Origin: Amphiscolops sp. MND2022
Lineage: Eukaryota
Direction: 5' to 3'
Length of the DNA stretch: 64,000 bases
NCBI GenBank assembly: GCA_964187785.1
Contig: OZ076409.1
Coordinates: forward strand, 94,366,001 to 94,430,000
Shown here: positions 35,986 to 49,664 of the stretch, piece after piece
Numbering within the stretch: position 1 is the first letter of the stretch
How the letters are laid out: the number at the start of each line of letters is the position of its first letter
The notes under the pieces: generated by a model
Database searches by the model: none
What the model saw: the letters and a program-made list of their open reading frames with translations, nothing else
What the model was told of the DNA's origin: nothing
Program-made: the position numbers and the translations under genes

Positions 35986-38970
35986 CTGGGTTTGAATACC
36001 CAACACCACAAATTTCTTCTGACCACGCTGTTTGAATTTATCTGAATTATTGGGTTACTAAGTTTGGTCCGCCCCAATACATAGTAAGAGATCGAGGTTT
36101 TGGATAATATAATCAAGAAATGACGCATCTCTGCTCTTTCTTTAATATAAATCATACACCACGCACTCCATACTCTCTGCATACCCTCACGCACTCCATA
36201 CAAAAAGTTTAGTTGAAGCCTTGGAACCCATTTACGGGTGTTTTTTACAAAATCCTCCTACCCATTGGTCATTTCAGACTAAAATGTATGCTTCTGCACA
36301 TTTAACTACTCTTCTCTTTCACTTGAAACTTCCCCAAGTCAAAGAAGTGTTTTTCACACACCCAATCGTATTCCTTGTAGATTTTCACTCAATCTTCCAC
36401 GTAATTCTTCTGAAGATTGTTTGAAAGGCTCCTCTTGGCTCTTATCAGCAGAACATGCAGTGTTAGAAAATTAATCTACTGTGCAGCGCCACATAACTAT
36501 AACATTAGTTTCACCCTTTTCTGCGTCTGAAATCACTCATTTCAAATAACTCCCCATCAACACTTTTGTCTTCCATACCAATTGTAAACCATTAACTTCT
36601 CAAACCATTTCAAACCTCTCCTCCTTGGCCCCTATATAAATCCTAAACACCTTTCGGATGTCACCTATGAAATCATGTCACAAGATGGCTCTTCAAGTTT
36701 TTATACCCATCATAACTATACTTTACAAAACTATCCCGAGGAGCCTCATCCAATAAATTCACCAAAACCATTCAACAACATCTCTTCTCAACAATCCAAA
36801 TTTTGACTTTCACGAAGAAAAATTATCTGAACCCTTTGATTATAATAAAGATAACTAAAGATAACACGAACACTTCAATCAAAAGTTTCTCTCATTATGA
36901 AAAAATCTTAAACTCGCCCTTAACTGTCAGAATCGTCTGGATCCTGATCTTACGAAAGACACTTAGACGCCTGTTTTTGCCCTCTTGACTCAGGTTATGA
37001 AATGATCCAAAATACAATATGAAATTCTAGTTGTTCTCATGCGCCAACTTGTCACTTCAAGAAAACTCCATCTTCCCCAAGTTTTTTTACCCATGTATTG
37101 CTGACTCTCCAGGTTTCGAACTTAAAATTACAGCTAACGCTCAAACACAACCCACTCCCATGCGATCTCTTCATTCACCCTATATCTTCAGCCCTTTCCT
37201 CCGAATTGCCATCACCAATCTCAACCTCGTATCAGTTTTTCTAACCAACTTAAAATTCACACCCTACTTCTACTAACCTACCAGACATAATTTGACGTTC
37301 CGTTCCTCCCGTCCAGACACATCATTGGAGATCGAAAAAGAAGTCATATATACATTTCCTTTCTGGATTTTACTACCAGTACATCATCCCTCATTACAGA
37401 CACCAGCTCATCTAATTCTTCTCCAGTTGCCACTGACACTTTAAATCGCTCTCCCAATTCTTCCCTATACATACATTGTCCAACTCTAGATCCTGTACCC
37501 CTGTAACCCCTTCTTTAGAAGTTACTCCTACAAATACGTTGTAACATACTCCTACAACAACGACTTTTAAATCACTCGACAAATATCTTCAACATTTCCA
37601 ACTACTGACATTGAAGTCAGTAGAACACCTTTAAATATTACACCGACTCATTCTCTTCCACCTCCTGTTCATCATATTACTAATCCTAGTGATGTGGTTC
37701 CTTCACTTCTAAGTAATATTAGTTAACCCGTTACTCGGTAATCAAACCTAGAACCTACTTCTATTAAAATCTGTCGTTGACATTCTCAACTTGACTCTAC
37801 TCTTCCAGCTCCACAATCCTTTACTATTCGTGTCCCTGAACGTTTTTGAATCCCTTAGCGGAAACTATACTATACCAGCTCAATCTGTTTCTTATGACAC
37901 TCTTTCTTCACAAGAAACTATCGAGACCTCCGGTGTATATACCGCTTTTGCTCAACGGTCCTCAATGTCCTCTTACGATACCACAGGGCATCTTTTTTCT
38001 CGTGCCTCCTATTGTGATCCCGGTCTACTGACTTGTGATAGTCACCTCACTCAACTCTGATCAACATTCAACTCGTCCTAGCCCTAATCGGGTTGATTTA
38101 CCCTTGATGGTCAACGATAGCAATGTCACTCATTCTCGTGAAGATCCCAGACTTTTTTTGTCTTGCTTCTCACAAGTTTGTGTTCAAACATAATATTTCC
38201 AACGACGACCTTCGTCGTAAAAAATTTCATAGATTAGAAACATCAAACATACAACTCAAATTTGAAATTACTACCGAATTCTTTAATTTAAGTCCACAGA
38301 AAACTTCCTCCCATATATCAGTAAAACTCAAGTCCTTACCATAACCATTTCTTGTCACAATTTCATATATTTTTGTCAGTAATCACCATCTTTTTCAATT
38401 CTTCGGCGAATCTATCACTTTCGTTAAAAACCTCACGTTTTTAAAAGAAATTACCCAATTATAATCTCTTTAGACTTTTCTAATTTCTTCTCCCATTCCT
38501 ACTCATGCCTCTTAAAAATAAAATCTTTTTCTCTTTCTTCCTCTCACTCATTTCGTTTTACCCATCTCTCCTACTGTTCTGATACAAACCTAGTTGAACC
38601 TAATGACCCACTTGTTTCTGGTCTTCTTGTTTCTCATCATCATTGTTCAGAACAAAAAAACCTCCGTCAATTTAGTCTAAATCGTGTTCAACCCTGCGCT
38701 CAATCCCCTTCTTCTTTAGAAAGCACTCGAGCTATCACTATTGTCTTTGTACGTCTTGCTACACGTCTAAAAGTTAGGACATGTGAAGTATATACAAAAA
38801 CTTGAAAGTTACTTTGCGCTCAATCAGATCAAAAATACCGCCGTCATTACCGTACTGACTATTACGCCCCAGCACCCTAGAACATACCGAATTCAAACAC
38901 GCTATCCGACACCTAAATGGTACTGATAACAATCAACTTAATTTTCTTTACTACAGTAGCGCCTTCACTT
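35986..38970 (+). mobile_element. Second, more diverged env-bearing gypsy remnant (integrase core to env N-terminus)
   Basis: IVRDRG...NQEMTHLCSFFNINHTPRTPYS parallels the first element's TDRGSEYGNKEMAHLCSLMGIRHSPRTAYS. LGPY...SDVTYEI (GPY/F motif). VSHHHCSEQKNLRQFSLNRVQPC (38629-38697) parallels VSHYDCEKQHNLRQFNLLNVKQC. Confidence 0.8.
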
Positions 38971-39199
38971 TGAGTGGCGAACATCACATTGAGTGGCGAT
39001 GGAATGCAAACACCGTGTTAAATCAGTTCCCCGTGACGAGGGTCACTAACGGCATCGCTTCTTCGTCTCCTCAATCCAATCGCTGACTTTTTGAATCCGC
39101 GAGGGTTATACAGGCCTCACCAATCAAAGAACGCGATTATTACGTAGATTACTTAGTTGCCGGTGCTGGCAGTGTTTTTGAGTGTTCGAAATTATCCAA

Positions 39200-41100
39200 A
39201 AGGTTTTCATTTGAATATCTCAAAATATTTTGTTTTGAAAATGGGAAAAGCTCGTTGATCTCATTGGGAGTTCTACACCCCCTTTCAGGTTCTCTTCACG
39301 AAACTGAGAATCTCCGCTTTATCAAATCTCCCGCAGTTAAAACGCTATGCTTTCAGTGGAACCCTGCAAAGATTTTAGGGTTTTGCTTCATCCAGGCATT
39401 TAACATTCAGCAACAATCGCTAACATAACGAATTCTTTTGTTCAATTTCACTCACGTTTTTGATCCTTCTTTCGATTTCTTCCTTCTCTGATTTGAAAAA
39501 CCTGAAAATTCCTCGTCGCATTCTTTGCAAGAACGTTGAAGCAGAAGATTTGCATATTTTGCGACGTTTCCGAATCCGCATATGCTGGTGTAGCATACAA
39601 TTGTTCAAAATAATCCGATGGTTTCCACTCGGACATGTTTTGCGCTGAACCGCGCGTCGCTCCAATCAAAACTACTTCGGTACCCAGGTCGGCTTTTGCT
39701 TAAGTCTTTTCGATTCAAAGATAATCATAGCTGGGTGACAAAAAGTTTTGATACCGTATCTTCGACCTAACTTGAACGCGCTCCGTTCAACCACGCAACA
39801 ATTGCACAAAATCAAGAATTGACTCCAGAAATTTCGAACCTCCACAACGGCAGGTCGCTTTTTAAAGTCTAGGAGTTTGAAACTCTGGTTTTTTGACGAA
39901 CGAAGGCTTAGTCTCACTTGGCGGCCGTCCGAACAGTTCAGAGTCAACTGATGTCACAAAACTTCTGTACTTTTGATGAAGGATCCTCATCTTCCATATG
40001 TATTCGTGAAAAACGCTCATCATCGAATTTTACATGGTTCGATGGGTCCAGCAATTGCCCATTTTCGTCAGTTTTTCGTTTTTTGGGACCTTGAAAGTTC
40101 GTGACTTACTTCGAAATGTATACCACAATTGCGTCGTATGTGTTTGATATGCCATACCGATAAAAACATCCATGATGGGCGATTTACACTAAGCACGAGT
40201 TGAATCCAGCAAACTATTCACTCATGTGGGTATTGATTTTTCCGGTAATTTGAAACTCGGAAATCATAACGCGCAGACAAAACTGAGAAAGTTTATCTCT
40301 GCTCATTCATTCTTTTCGCCACGAAAACTATCCACCTCCAAATTATCACATCGCACTCGATGATTGAGTTCATTGTCTGTCATCGGCGGTTCGTCGCTCG
40401 ACGCGGCCTTACGTCAGAGTTTTTCTCCGACAACGGCTCGAAATTTGAAAGTATTTGAAACGAATTTTGTGAGCTTCTGGAACCTTTAGAAAGCGAAAAC
40501 ATAGCAAGGCTGAAAACAAGTGTAAATGAAATTTCAACGCACCGTTTCTGCCGCAATCCGGTGGCTTGTCGGAAGCATGAGTCAAATCAGCGAAAAAGAA
40601 CATGTGTAAGATTATTGGTAGCACGCCACTCAGACTGGAGGAATTCAACACCCTTTTGCCAAAAAGAAGCTAGACCCAATTTGCGTTCCCTCTGTCAGCT
40701 CACAAGGACCCCAAGAACTCTAACACATTGAAGTCAGACCACTTCCTGGCTGGGGCACCTTTTCTGAGTTTTCCGGATGACTGCACAAACGAAATGCTGG
40801 GTCACAAAAAATGCCCTGAACTTGTTCAGAAACTCGTGCTCACCTTCTGGTGAGCTGGCAAACAAAATACATTGCGAATCTCCAAGCTCAAACAAAATAG
40901 TTCAACCGCAGCTCAGATTTTTTCAAGGTCAACGACGTAGTCCTTGTAGCAGAATTCTGTATCCCAGCTAAATAGCCCATTGCAACAATTATCAAACCAC
41001 ATGCAAGCAATGGCAACATTGTACGAGCGATGTCGATTCCTCTAAATGACGAAATTTTACTCCGACTTCTGGTGAAATTGCAACATCTTCCTGTAAATAT
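39200..41100 (+). mobile_element. BEL/Pao LTR retrotransposon pol remnant
   Basis: KTLCFQWNP (cf. Pao KTLGLxW), FTHVGIDFSG, FATKTIHL, RRFVARRG, NFNAPFLPQSGGLSEA.VKSAK, EEFNTL, DHFL: typical BEL/Pao integrase motifs, with many stops. Confidence 0.8.
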
Positions 41101-42149
41101 CTTGAAAAAAAAACAAGCAGACTCGGTCAAGGCGACACAGTGAACTTTGACGTATCAACATGGCCCCCTTTGTAACGGTGAACTTTGATGTTTCAACGTG
41201 GCCGACCGAAGTGAATTTTGCATATTCAACATGGACGTCAATCAAGTGACTGGTGCAATCGCCAACGCAAAATTCACAGCTTAGAATTGGCAAAGTGCAT
41301 TCTCGATTTTATTGGAGCTTTGAAGATGCCTCTAATTACAAGTAATTTTTTCTGCCTTCAAGATTCATTGCATTGTTTCGCACCTAAATTATTCGAGTTA
41401 AAATTATCTTGTTTGGTAAAGACACTTCATGCTTTGAGTTCTTTATCTTGACTACACATAATTGTAATCTGTCGCTTATGTGTTTGGAAATTGCATTTAC
41501 CTCAACATCCACACAACCCAGTTTTTTAGAGCCGAATAATAAGCTCCTCCTAAGCTATTGGTTACTGCTTCCATTCCTTAGCCGGATTCGCAAAGCAAAA
41601 AAAAAAACAAAAAACTTTTTTTCGCTGACCTCTGATCAAATAGTGAACATTCTGAAAACAAATCAAGCACTGGATTTCGCTCGCTTATGACTCTTTGCGC
41701 ACTCTCTCCTTTCGGTGTTGATTCTAAGACAAGAGCGCCTTCACTGGAAACATTGTGGAAACAATAAGACCTCACATCAACTACGTAGGTAAGGCTTAAG
41801 TATCAAGTCTAAGTTCTTAAGCGTATGTTATTAAGTGTGAAACCTTTGCGCGCAAAACTTCAGTAAAAAGGCCGTTTGGATTCAAACAAAGGATTGTTTT
41901 TTGTCTACGATAAAATATGATTTTAACATACTTTTAAAACCAAAAGAGATTGCAGCTCTTTTGAGGTCCAGTTTTCCTCGAAGCATTTGGTACGCGCAAC
42001 TCTTCGTGATGAAATTTTTCTTTCCTACAAACGTTTCAACTGTAGAAATTCTGGTTTACAGTTTCTAAAGTCCACCCCTCTCTCATTTAAAGTGCATTGA
42101 CGGCTTGGTTTACATTAAAGTACTTCGGAGCTTGGATTCATGAGTGAGG

Positions 42150-44480
42150 GGTATAAACACTGTAACGAGTCCGGTGATAAAGATTGCGTAATCTCACAAG
42201 GAACCGTTTGTAAAAACGGCTTCCGTTTTCCCATATACCGAAGTTCTCAAAACACATTCGCTCGATTGATAGCAGTTCTGTTAGTTGCTCAATAAAAACT
42301 GGGCGTTCAATCCACGCTGGTTTGTTTGCAAACGTAGGGGCTGTTGCTAATTCGATCTCATTCGTCGGCGTTAGAAACAAAGATTGAACTTGTCTTCTTT
42401 TCAATTGATCGGGGTTTCTGCCTGGATTTTTTGGTGCAAATTATAACCAACGTTTATTTGAAGATCATTGAACGTATCGACTTTAGGTAATCCCGCGGAA
42501 GTGTGTTTTCAAATCGCGGGAATTATTGAAAGAATTTCTTCCTCTGCCTTATCAAACTTTTGATCCTATTTTCGTGGTTCTTATATTTCAACGTTTAACC
42601 GAGATTTAAAGGATTTTTCAATCAAAATGAACGCAATCTACCGCGGTCTATTGAGTTTGCGTTTGATTTTGGTTTTGATCCAGTTGTTTGCACGTTGATG
42701 AAGCACTCTCATTAGCGCAAATTGGTTGCTGGTGTTGAGAAAAGTTCCAACAAATTTTTGAAAGCCCTCTTCCGGAGCGATACTTTCCCAATCTGGATAC
42801 CCAAATGACTGTTCCAGGATCAGTCTGTAATGTGATAGAGTTGAATCTTTGGGTAAGTTACACTGTAATAATGCCTTGATAAATTCTTTCTGCCTAACAA
42901 TGGTGTCCGAGTATATGTAATCGGGTCAGTTGTTTGCATTTTTGAACTCCCTCGTTATCTCCAAGGAACTACTCAGTGAAAGATTGACTTCTTTCATTAC
43001 GTCTGTGAGTTCGGTTGAATGAAATTTTTCAATCAAGGGTCAAGGTTGTAGTCGTCCATAACTATCAATGCTTCATCGTTTGACTTGGTAGAGGATAGTT
43101 TATCTAGAAGCCACGCGCAATATTCAGTTCTGGAACATATCTTTTCAACCTTCAGGTAGCAGCCGAACTAGCTTTGAATGCAAGAATACTTTCACCAGCA
43201 ACCATTCTTTCGTTGTGTCTTTCAGAAGTACTCGAAAAATGAGCGTATCATCGATTTAAAAACCTACTCCTCTCCGATTACTCCAATCCCTGTTGCGAGC
43301 AATCAAATTGTGATAGCCCTTTAACCGAAACATCCTTGCCATGTCGTTCATTTTGAGCCATATTTCAGTCAACCCTATAACAATAGGATTCATTGTTTCG
43401 GTAAATGGAAGCGCAATGTAATTAGTCGCGATGTTTAGTTCAAGAACGAACGTTTGCGTTCGAACACGTGGGGATCTCAGACACACTCTCCTCATTTTCG
43501 ATAAACCCTTTGATGTCATGTAGTTTTTTTCCAATAGCTCAAGACACTCCCCATTTTCCTCAAGCACCAAGGGCTGCGAAAGTGACTGTCCCGCCACCAT
43601 CATTTTTTTGGCGTCAGGGAACGTTCAAATCAACTCCAGTAAACAATTCCGCATTCTTTCTTTGCCTTGCTTTATGTCCTCCAATTTAATTGTTTAATAT
43701 GACTGTTTAATATGAGGGAGTGAGAACGACCTCTCTTCATAGTGGGGACACGGGTTGTCGGTGGCGTAAAAAGGATAACAACTTGAGCTCTTTCAAGGGT
43801 CGGCACCAAACTATTCGCGCCAGACATCGGCAACTTCGCACGCGTTGGCATCACAGACTGCTTCCTGATGACCACCACATGCGTTGAAACATAAATAGAT
43901 TCGACTTCAGCTGTTTTTTCCAGTTGCATGTCAAAGTTGGTAAAACGTTCACTGATGTAGAAAGTTTTCTTGTTCGTGGGATGACAATAAATCTTCTAAA
44001 TGTCAAAAACTCCTTTCTGCTCAAAATTCATCTTTTTTCTCGAAACAGAAGCATTTCGCGATCTGTCGTTTGTTCCTCAACATTATTGCCTCCTAAAGGA
44101 TGGCTTGCTCCCAGGTCGGCAGTCTTGATGGTCACTTTCATCATATTGTTAATGACTTCAACAGTGCCTTTGTTAATTGCTCCATAACTTCCGACTGGCG
44201 GGTTTCTAAAATGAGACAATCTTTTGGTTAATTTTGTTCAGTTTTGTTAATTTTGATCGCCATTGTCTTATCTGTCCCTCCAGCTTGGCACTTTCAATTC
44301 TCTTCCCTTTCATCAAGTGTTATAATACATTTTGCATATCGCTTTCGAACCGTTCCGTTCCTCAATAAGCGTTGCAGGTCTTCCATTAATGTCATTTTCT
44401 CGTTTGCCTCTAAAATCCTCCGTTGAGCTATCCAGAACAGAATCTGTGGTAGCAGAAACCAACACCAAATCCACCCGAAA
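42150..44480 (-). mobile_element. LINE (non-LTR retrotransposon) remnant: ORF1 region plus APE endonuclease
   Basis: PIVIGLTEIWL...LKGY...RNRDWSNRRGVGF (APE motifs xxxxETWL and R..GGGV) and IVMDDYN (decayed GDFN). Boundaries are approximate. Confidence 0.7.
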
Positions 44481-45600
44481 TTTACTTCTTAAACAGCGCA
44501 TGCCTACAGCAGCTACATAATTGCTTTATCACAACAATTTGCCTGTCAATGGCGTAACAGTTACAGTGTTGCAAGGCTATTTCCTCATTGACATAAACTG
44601 TGTTCTCCACGATGAAAAATGACAGTTGAAAAAGGAACAAATCAACCATTCGGAAAATATTCAGCCCGCCTTTGGAATAAATTGATTGTTCAACGAATAT
44701 TACTCTATTGTCACAATAGGACTGCAAAACATTATCAGGCGGCTCAAAAACTTGTAAATTTGCAATCATAGTTTTTACTGCACAGTGACTGGAGTGTAGC
44801 TGTGAAGTTCGACTACTTGCACGGAATTGAATGAAATGTAAGATCCAATTGATACGTTCCATATTCCAAAATTTGACGACAGCGGTATTTTTTTCTGCGG
44901 TTGAATTCAGTTGATAACTAATGGCGATTCATCGGCTCCAGGCAGCTAAAAGGATTGTTTCGCCTTCAATTAATATTGTCGAGCGTTTGGTAAAGAAAGG
45001 ATAGAGTACAGAAAAAATTTTGTTTTCAAGATAAATCGGTGAATGAAACCTGTAAATCGGGGCAGTTTGGTTGAGTCCCAGACATTATTCATATCTGGAA
45101 CTGTCACAACATAATGCTTGTTATCTTTAGCATGTCTGTGACCTGGCAATGCGTTTTGACATCAGTTAAGAAAACAGCCGAACTGAAAGTATGTGAAGAC
45201 GATTTGGTTTCTGCACTTCAAGAGAAACTGTGTTGACCGACAGTTGCCATCTTTAAGTTAAATGACAGGTTTGGACAATATTCAGCATCTCTTAGCACGT
45301 TGTTTGGGATAATGAAAACTGTGATTCCATATTTAAACGAATTCACACTGCTCGATTTACAGAATAATTTACTGGAAAACTTCTTGCGAGTAATGAAAGA
45401 AACTTCCAAGACATGGAACAGGCAGGCTGCATGATTTCGAAATATGCTCTGAATGTCGATCCCGAAAAACACGTGGAGGATAAAATTATTTTTTTTGACT
45501 CATTAGGAACCGATAATTAAATTGATAATAACTGTTAGGGTTCAAAAATTGGATATGTTTTGGAAATATTCAATTTACCTTTTTTGAGTTTATTTTTTTT

Positions 45601-46172
45601 TGGATCTTGTTAAGATTAAACCCCCCATATAGTCCTTGTTAACTTTAACCCCCCCTCCAGTTTTGACCAACTAAAGTTAACACCCCCCAATTTTGACAAA
45701 CTCAAGTACGCACCCCCACTAATTTGACTCAATATAAATCTGATGATTGGCTTACAGTGAAAAAATATTCACACTTTCGTGCTCTAAACACGATAAAAAA
45801 GTGAAATATGCTCAACAAAATTCAAGAAAAAGTTTCGTTCATTGAATCTTTCTCTGTACATGAACTCCTGGAGGTACCAGTGGAGAAAGTTTCTGTGGCA
45901 GCCTATCATTCTCTTCATCAGTTGCTTGATGCGGTTCCAGTGGGACTCTATGTTGAGTCGTATAGTACCATGGTTTGCAGTAAATGAGTCTAGTAAAAGA
46001 TTAACTGATACTTATTACGGATTATGTAATATAAGTTGGAATTGAGGCAACTTATTCTGTTTGAATTTGAGCGCAATTTATAATATCTAAAAATTAACAC
46101 CCCCCAAGACTGACCAACTTAAATATGTACCCCCCCATCCTGGTGTAGGGGGTTTAATCTTAACAAGATCCA
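45601..46172. mobile_element. Non-autonomous TIR element (25-bp perfect TIR)
   Basis: TGGATCTTGTTAAGATTAAACCCCC (45601-45625) and GGGGGTTTAATCTTAACAAGATCCA (46148-46172). Internal repeated AAC/TAC-C6 motifs. Confidence 0.85.
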
Positions 46173-47649
46173 TTGTTTTGAGTTTATTTTTTCATGAAAG
46201 TTTCGAACGAACAAATTGTGTAAGAAAGTTTCAGAGTACGCGAACAACTCATTCTAAACATAAGGAAAGATATACATATTGCATCTCTGTATTTGCGATA
46301 GGCGTTACTAAGCAGACGAGAGTGATGATAAATATTATAGTCATAATTTTCATAGTAGGAACTCCAACCAATGTAATTATTCGAAGGGCTGTTGGATAGT
46401 GAGAAGTTATTGCGAAATGCCAAGAAGACCTCTGAGTCATCGGCACTGGTATATTTGACCCAGCCATCACTTGTTGTTATACGTTTTATTCCAACTCTCA
46501 TCAGCCAAAGACCTTTTTTATACACTTGTGAGTTGTCTACACAAGGGGGTCCACATTGATACAGGTAGTACTTGAACACAAATGTTGCTTCGGGTAAGGT
46601 TCTACGAAAAACAGAAAGACTTTACGGGAAGATCTAATCATTTGTGATAGAGTAGACTGTATTGGACAAGAGATTGCACTCAAATGTTATTCAGTTTGAT
46701 TGTATGGAGGTTTTAGCTGGTTTTATCAGATGGAGTTTAGATCCGAAAAGTGAATGAAAACACTGCATAAAAATTGTATAAAAAGAATGCAACTATTTTT
46801 TGAATGCGATCTGTTGTTCAGTCGCATTTTGCCCTGGTTCCACCCTGCTTTTTAAAACAGGCGTCCTTCCATTGTTTTAATCTGATACAACATGGAGCCT
46901 CGCATTGTATATGCCCAACAAGATTGTAGATTGGATGTGGTGATTTATTGAGAAGTAATAACTATGTTCCAAAGTTATTTCGAACGTTTTTTTGCATTTC
47001 TCTAAAAACAACGGTTTTGGTTTGGAAAAGAACTTGAAACAGTTATTTTTTCAATCTTGAGAAGGTGAGCCATTTTTTCAGTTTTTCCATAGTACCATTG
47101 ATCATTCTTCGTTCTGTAAATTCAAAGTCATCAAGTTGGGAACCCATGAGCCTGTTCAAAACGCCTCTTAGCCTTCTTGGTAAAAATGAGAAAGCCTCAA
47201 ATTTGTCAGAGGAAAGAAAAAGTTTATTTCCCGAAATCCGCGGGTTGTACGTCGAATGAACATATCTGCTTCTCTAAGTCGGCACTCTTTCGATACCTGT
47301 CAGAAGCACGGAAAATTCGACGAAGTCCTACTAGAAAGGGTACAAAAGCTTAAGTGTCCTAAGTTTCTTTTCAGAAAAGAAAAAAGAAAAAAAGTTCAAA
47401 ACTGCAAATTTTGCGCAAAAAATGTTGCCTCTACGCGACATTTTTGATCTCGAGACTGAAAAAAAACGTTCGAAGTTTGGACCTGCGAATTGGTGCAAGC
47501 GTTTGAAGAAAAAGGTCAGGAAGTTTTTTTTTCAAAACTCAGCCAGGTTTTTACCCAATCATTACTGAGCATAACGATATGTCTCCAAAATGAAAAAATA
47601 TTATTAAAGAAAGTTAAAAATGTTATTAAAAATGAAAATAAAGAAAGTT

Positions 47650-49664
47650 ATTTGGCTGGATGAATTGAACTAAAGACTGGGTTGCTCATCAGCATCGTTT
47701 CATGTTCTTTACACTTGTTCGAGCACATTTTCAGAAAGAGTTCTGATGAATTTCCATTTATAGGGCACGCTACGAGAGGACACTTAAAAACGAAACTTCA
47801 AGCGTAACTTGTACATATAAAACAATAGTGTGAAAATAACATTGAGAGTAAATACGCTTGCATGAAAACAACAGAAAAAGTTAAGTTAAACATCTGAGTT
47901 CATCGAAAAAGCCGGGATCCAAAACAGTACATTTCAAGTGAAGCTTTGGTCCTCTTTTTCTTGGGTAATTTTAAACTTAGTCATACCCACTTTTCAGAGA
48001 ATGTCATACTTCATTCAATCTCAATTCTTGATTAACCAGTAGTTGATACCAGAGTGATGATGTCACGTTTTTGATGCAAACTGGTTCATGCTACGGATGC
48101 AGCCCGCAAATTCATCAACGTAAGAGACAATTGAATTACTCATGCTAAATTTGCCTGAATTGAAAACATCATTCTATAGTCAATGTTACAGTTGAATGTT
48201 TTTCTCCTTTTTGTGATTTATAATTTTTAAAAACTGGAAAAACTGTTTAAAAACCTTGAATTGTGTACTCAAGTAAAAGAAAACGACTGAAACAAAAACC
48301 CAGAAAGCCTGTATAAGAACATTTCTTATCACTTTCCATGACTCTCTTTTTTTCGACTCTTTAGAAACTACCATATGGCGCCTCCCCGGATCAAAAATAA
48401 AATTGTCACCCTTAAGTTTAGAAGAAATACTTGTGATCAAAACTCCGTTTTTATTTGGGCGGAGTTGGAAAAGGACGTTATTCATATGAACAACTGTAAC
48501 TAAGAGCGACGCATCATTTATTTCAACAAATTCATTACATGAGGTTTGGTCGTTATCGAAAATCACCGTTGAATAAATCAGCAAGCGGAATCTCCTTATA
48601 AGGAAATTGTTTCCAGTTTCGTGTTAAACATGCACGGGGATAAATACTCTGATTTACAATAACACCGTGTTTTTTGAATGGCAGACTTTGATAACCTTGT
48701 TTAAGTATCGGGTTAAAACCGATGTTTTGGATCCACGGTTCCTTGCTATGCTTCCGTTGAACGCAAGTCTGGAAATTGCCTGATACAATCGAATACAAGA
48801 CAAACTTTAAAAAATGAAAAAATGATTCATTGAATTGATCCTAATTGAAAGAGGTAATCCGGATTTTTGATGATGGAGCGCCGTTTCACTGCAAACAGTC
48901 TGCCAATGATACATGGTATTACTATGAAGTACGCAATCAGTATAAGTTTCTCATGTGTTTTGGAAAATACGGATATTCGTTTCTTGCACCTGGAGTTGCT
49001 GAATGATGTCACCTTCCGGAATACTCATCTGAACGTTTTTTTGGACTTTTTCAGTTTTAAAGTGTAAAGCCGACATGATTAGCAACATCCCCAAGCTATT
49101 TCGTTGAGTCCACATTAAAATGTTCTATAAATTTCGAAAAAGTACCTTGCGGCTAGTACGATTGGCGCTCTTTGTCACTAATAGAAATTGAAGTTTCAAT
49201 GATAAAAAAGGGGAGAACACACACCTGGGAGAAAACATTGCAGAATCATGTGTCTCACACAACTGCAGTTGTTCAGAAAAGTTGCGTTTTGCGTCTCCAT
49301 CGTGAAACTGGGAGAAGTAGCATCGCTTGAAACGCCAACTTATAAAACCGTGCTTGGCCACACACTGAACACGCGGGTTAGGGAACTTATTGAGAAGGTC
49401 ACTTTGGATGTTGAACAAGTTGAAACCTGATCCTTTTTTTGGCTCCTTCAGGTTGAACAAACTGCGACTGAGTGATTTTCTGACTTTCGATACATCTGAT
49501 TGTAGTGTTCTTTCATAGAAGCAGACAAATGAAATAAATGTTGCTGCGCAAATGAAAAAGACCAAAATAACTTTGCGATATGACGATTTCACTCCGAGTT
49601 TTTTGTGTGTCTTTTTCTTCCATGGAGGCTGGCCTTGAAGATGATGGAATTTCAGAGCACTCAT
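47650..49664 (-). pseudogene. Possible decayed type II membrane glycosyltransferase-like gene
   Basis: Basic N-terminus plus a single TM segment (RKVILVFFICAATFISFVCFY) in ORF 49125-49664, followed by fragmented ORFs. The family assignment is weak and the frames do not join cleanly. Confidence 0.3.

Noticed and set aside
18563..35990. TSD for the giant element
   Set aside because: The 3' LTR end is deleted, so no right-hand TSD can be evaluated.
44482..46620. Minus-strand host gene (e.g. ORF 46184-46579)
   Set aside because: Protein-like in places but no family recognised, and the frames could not be joined.
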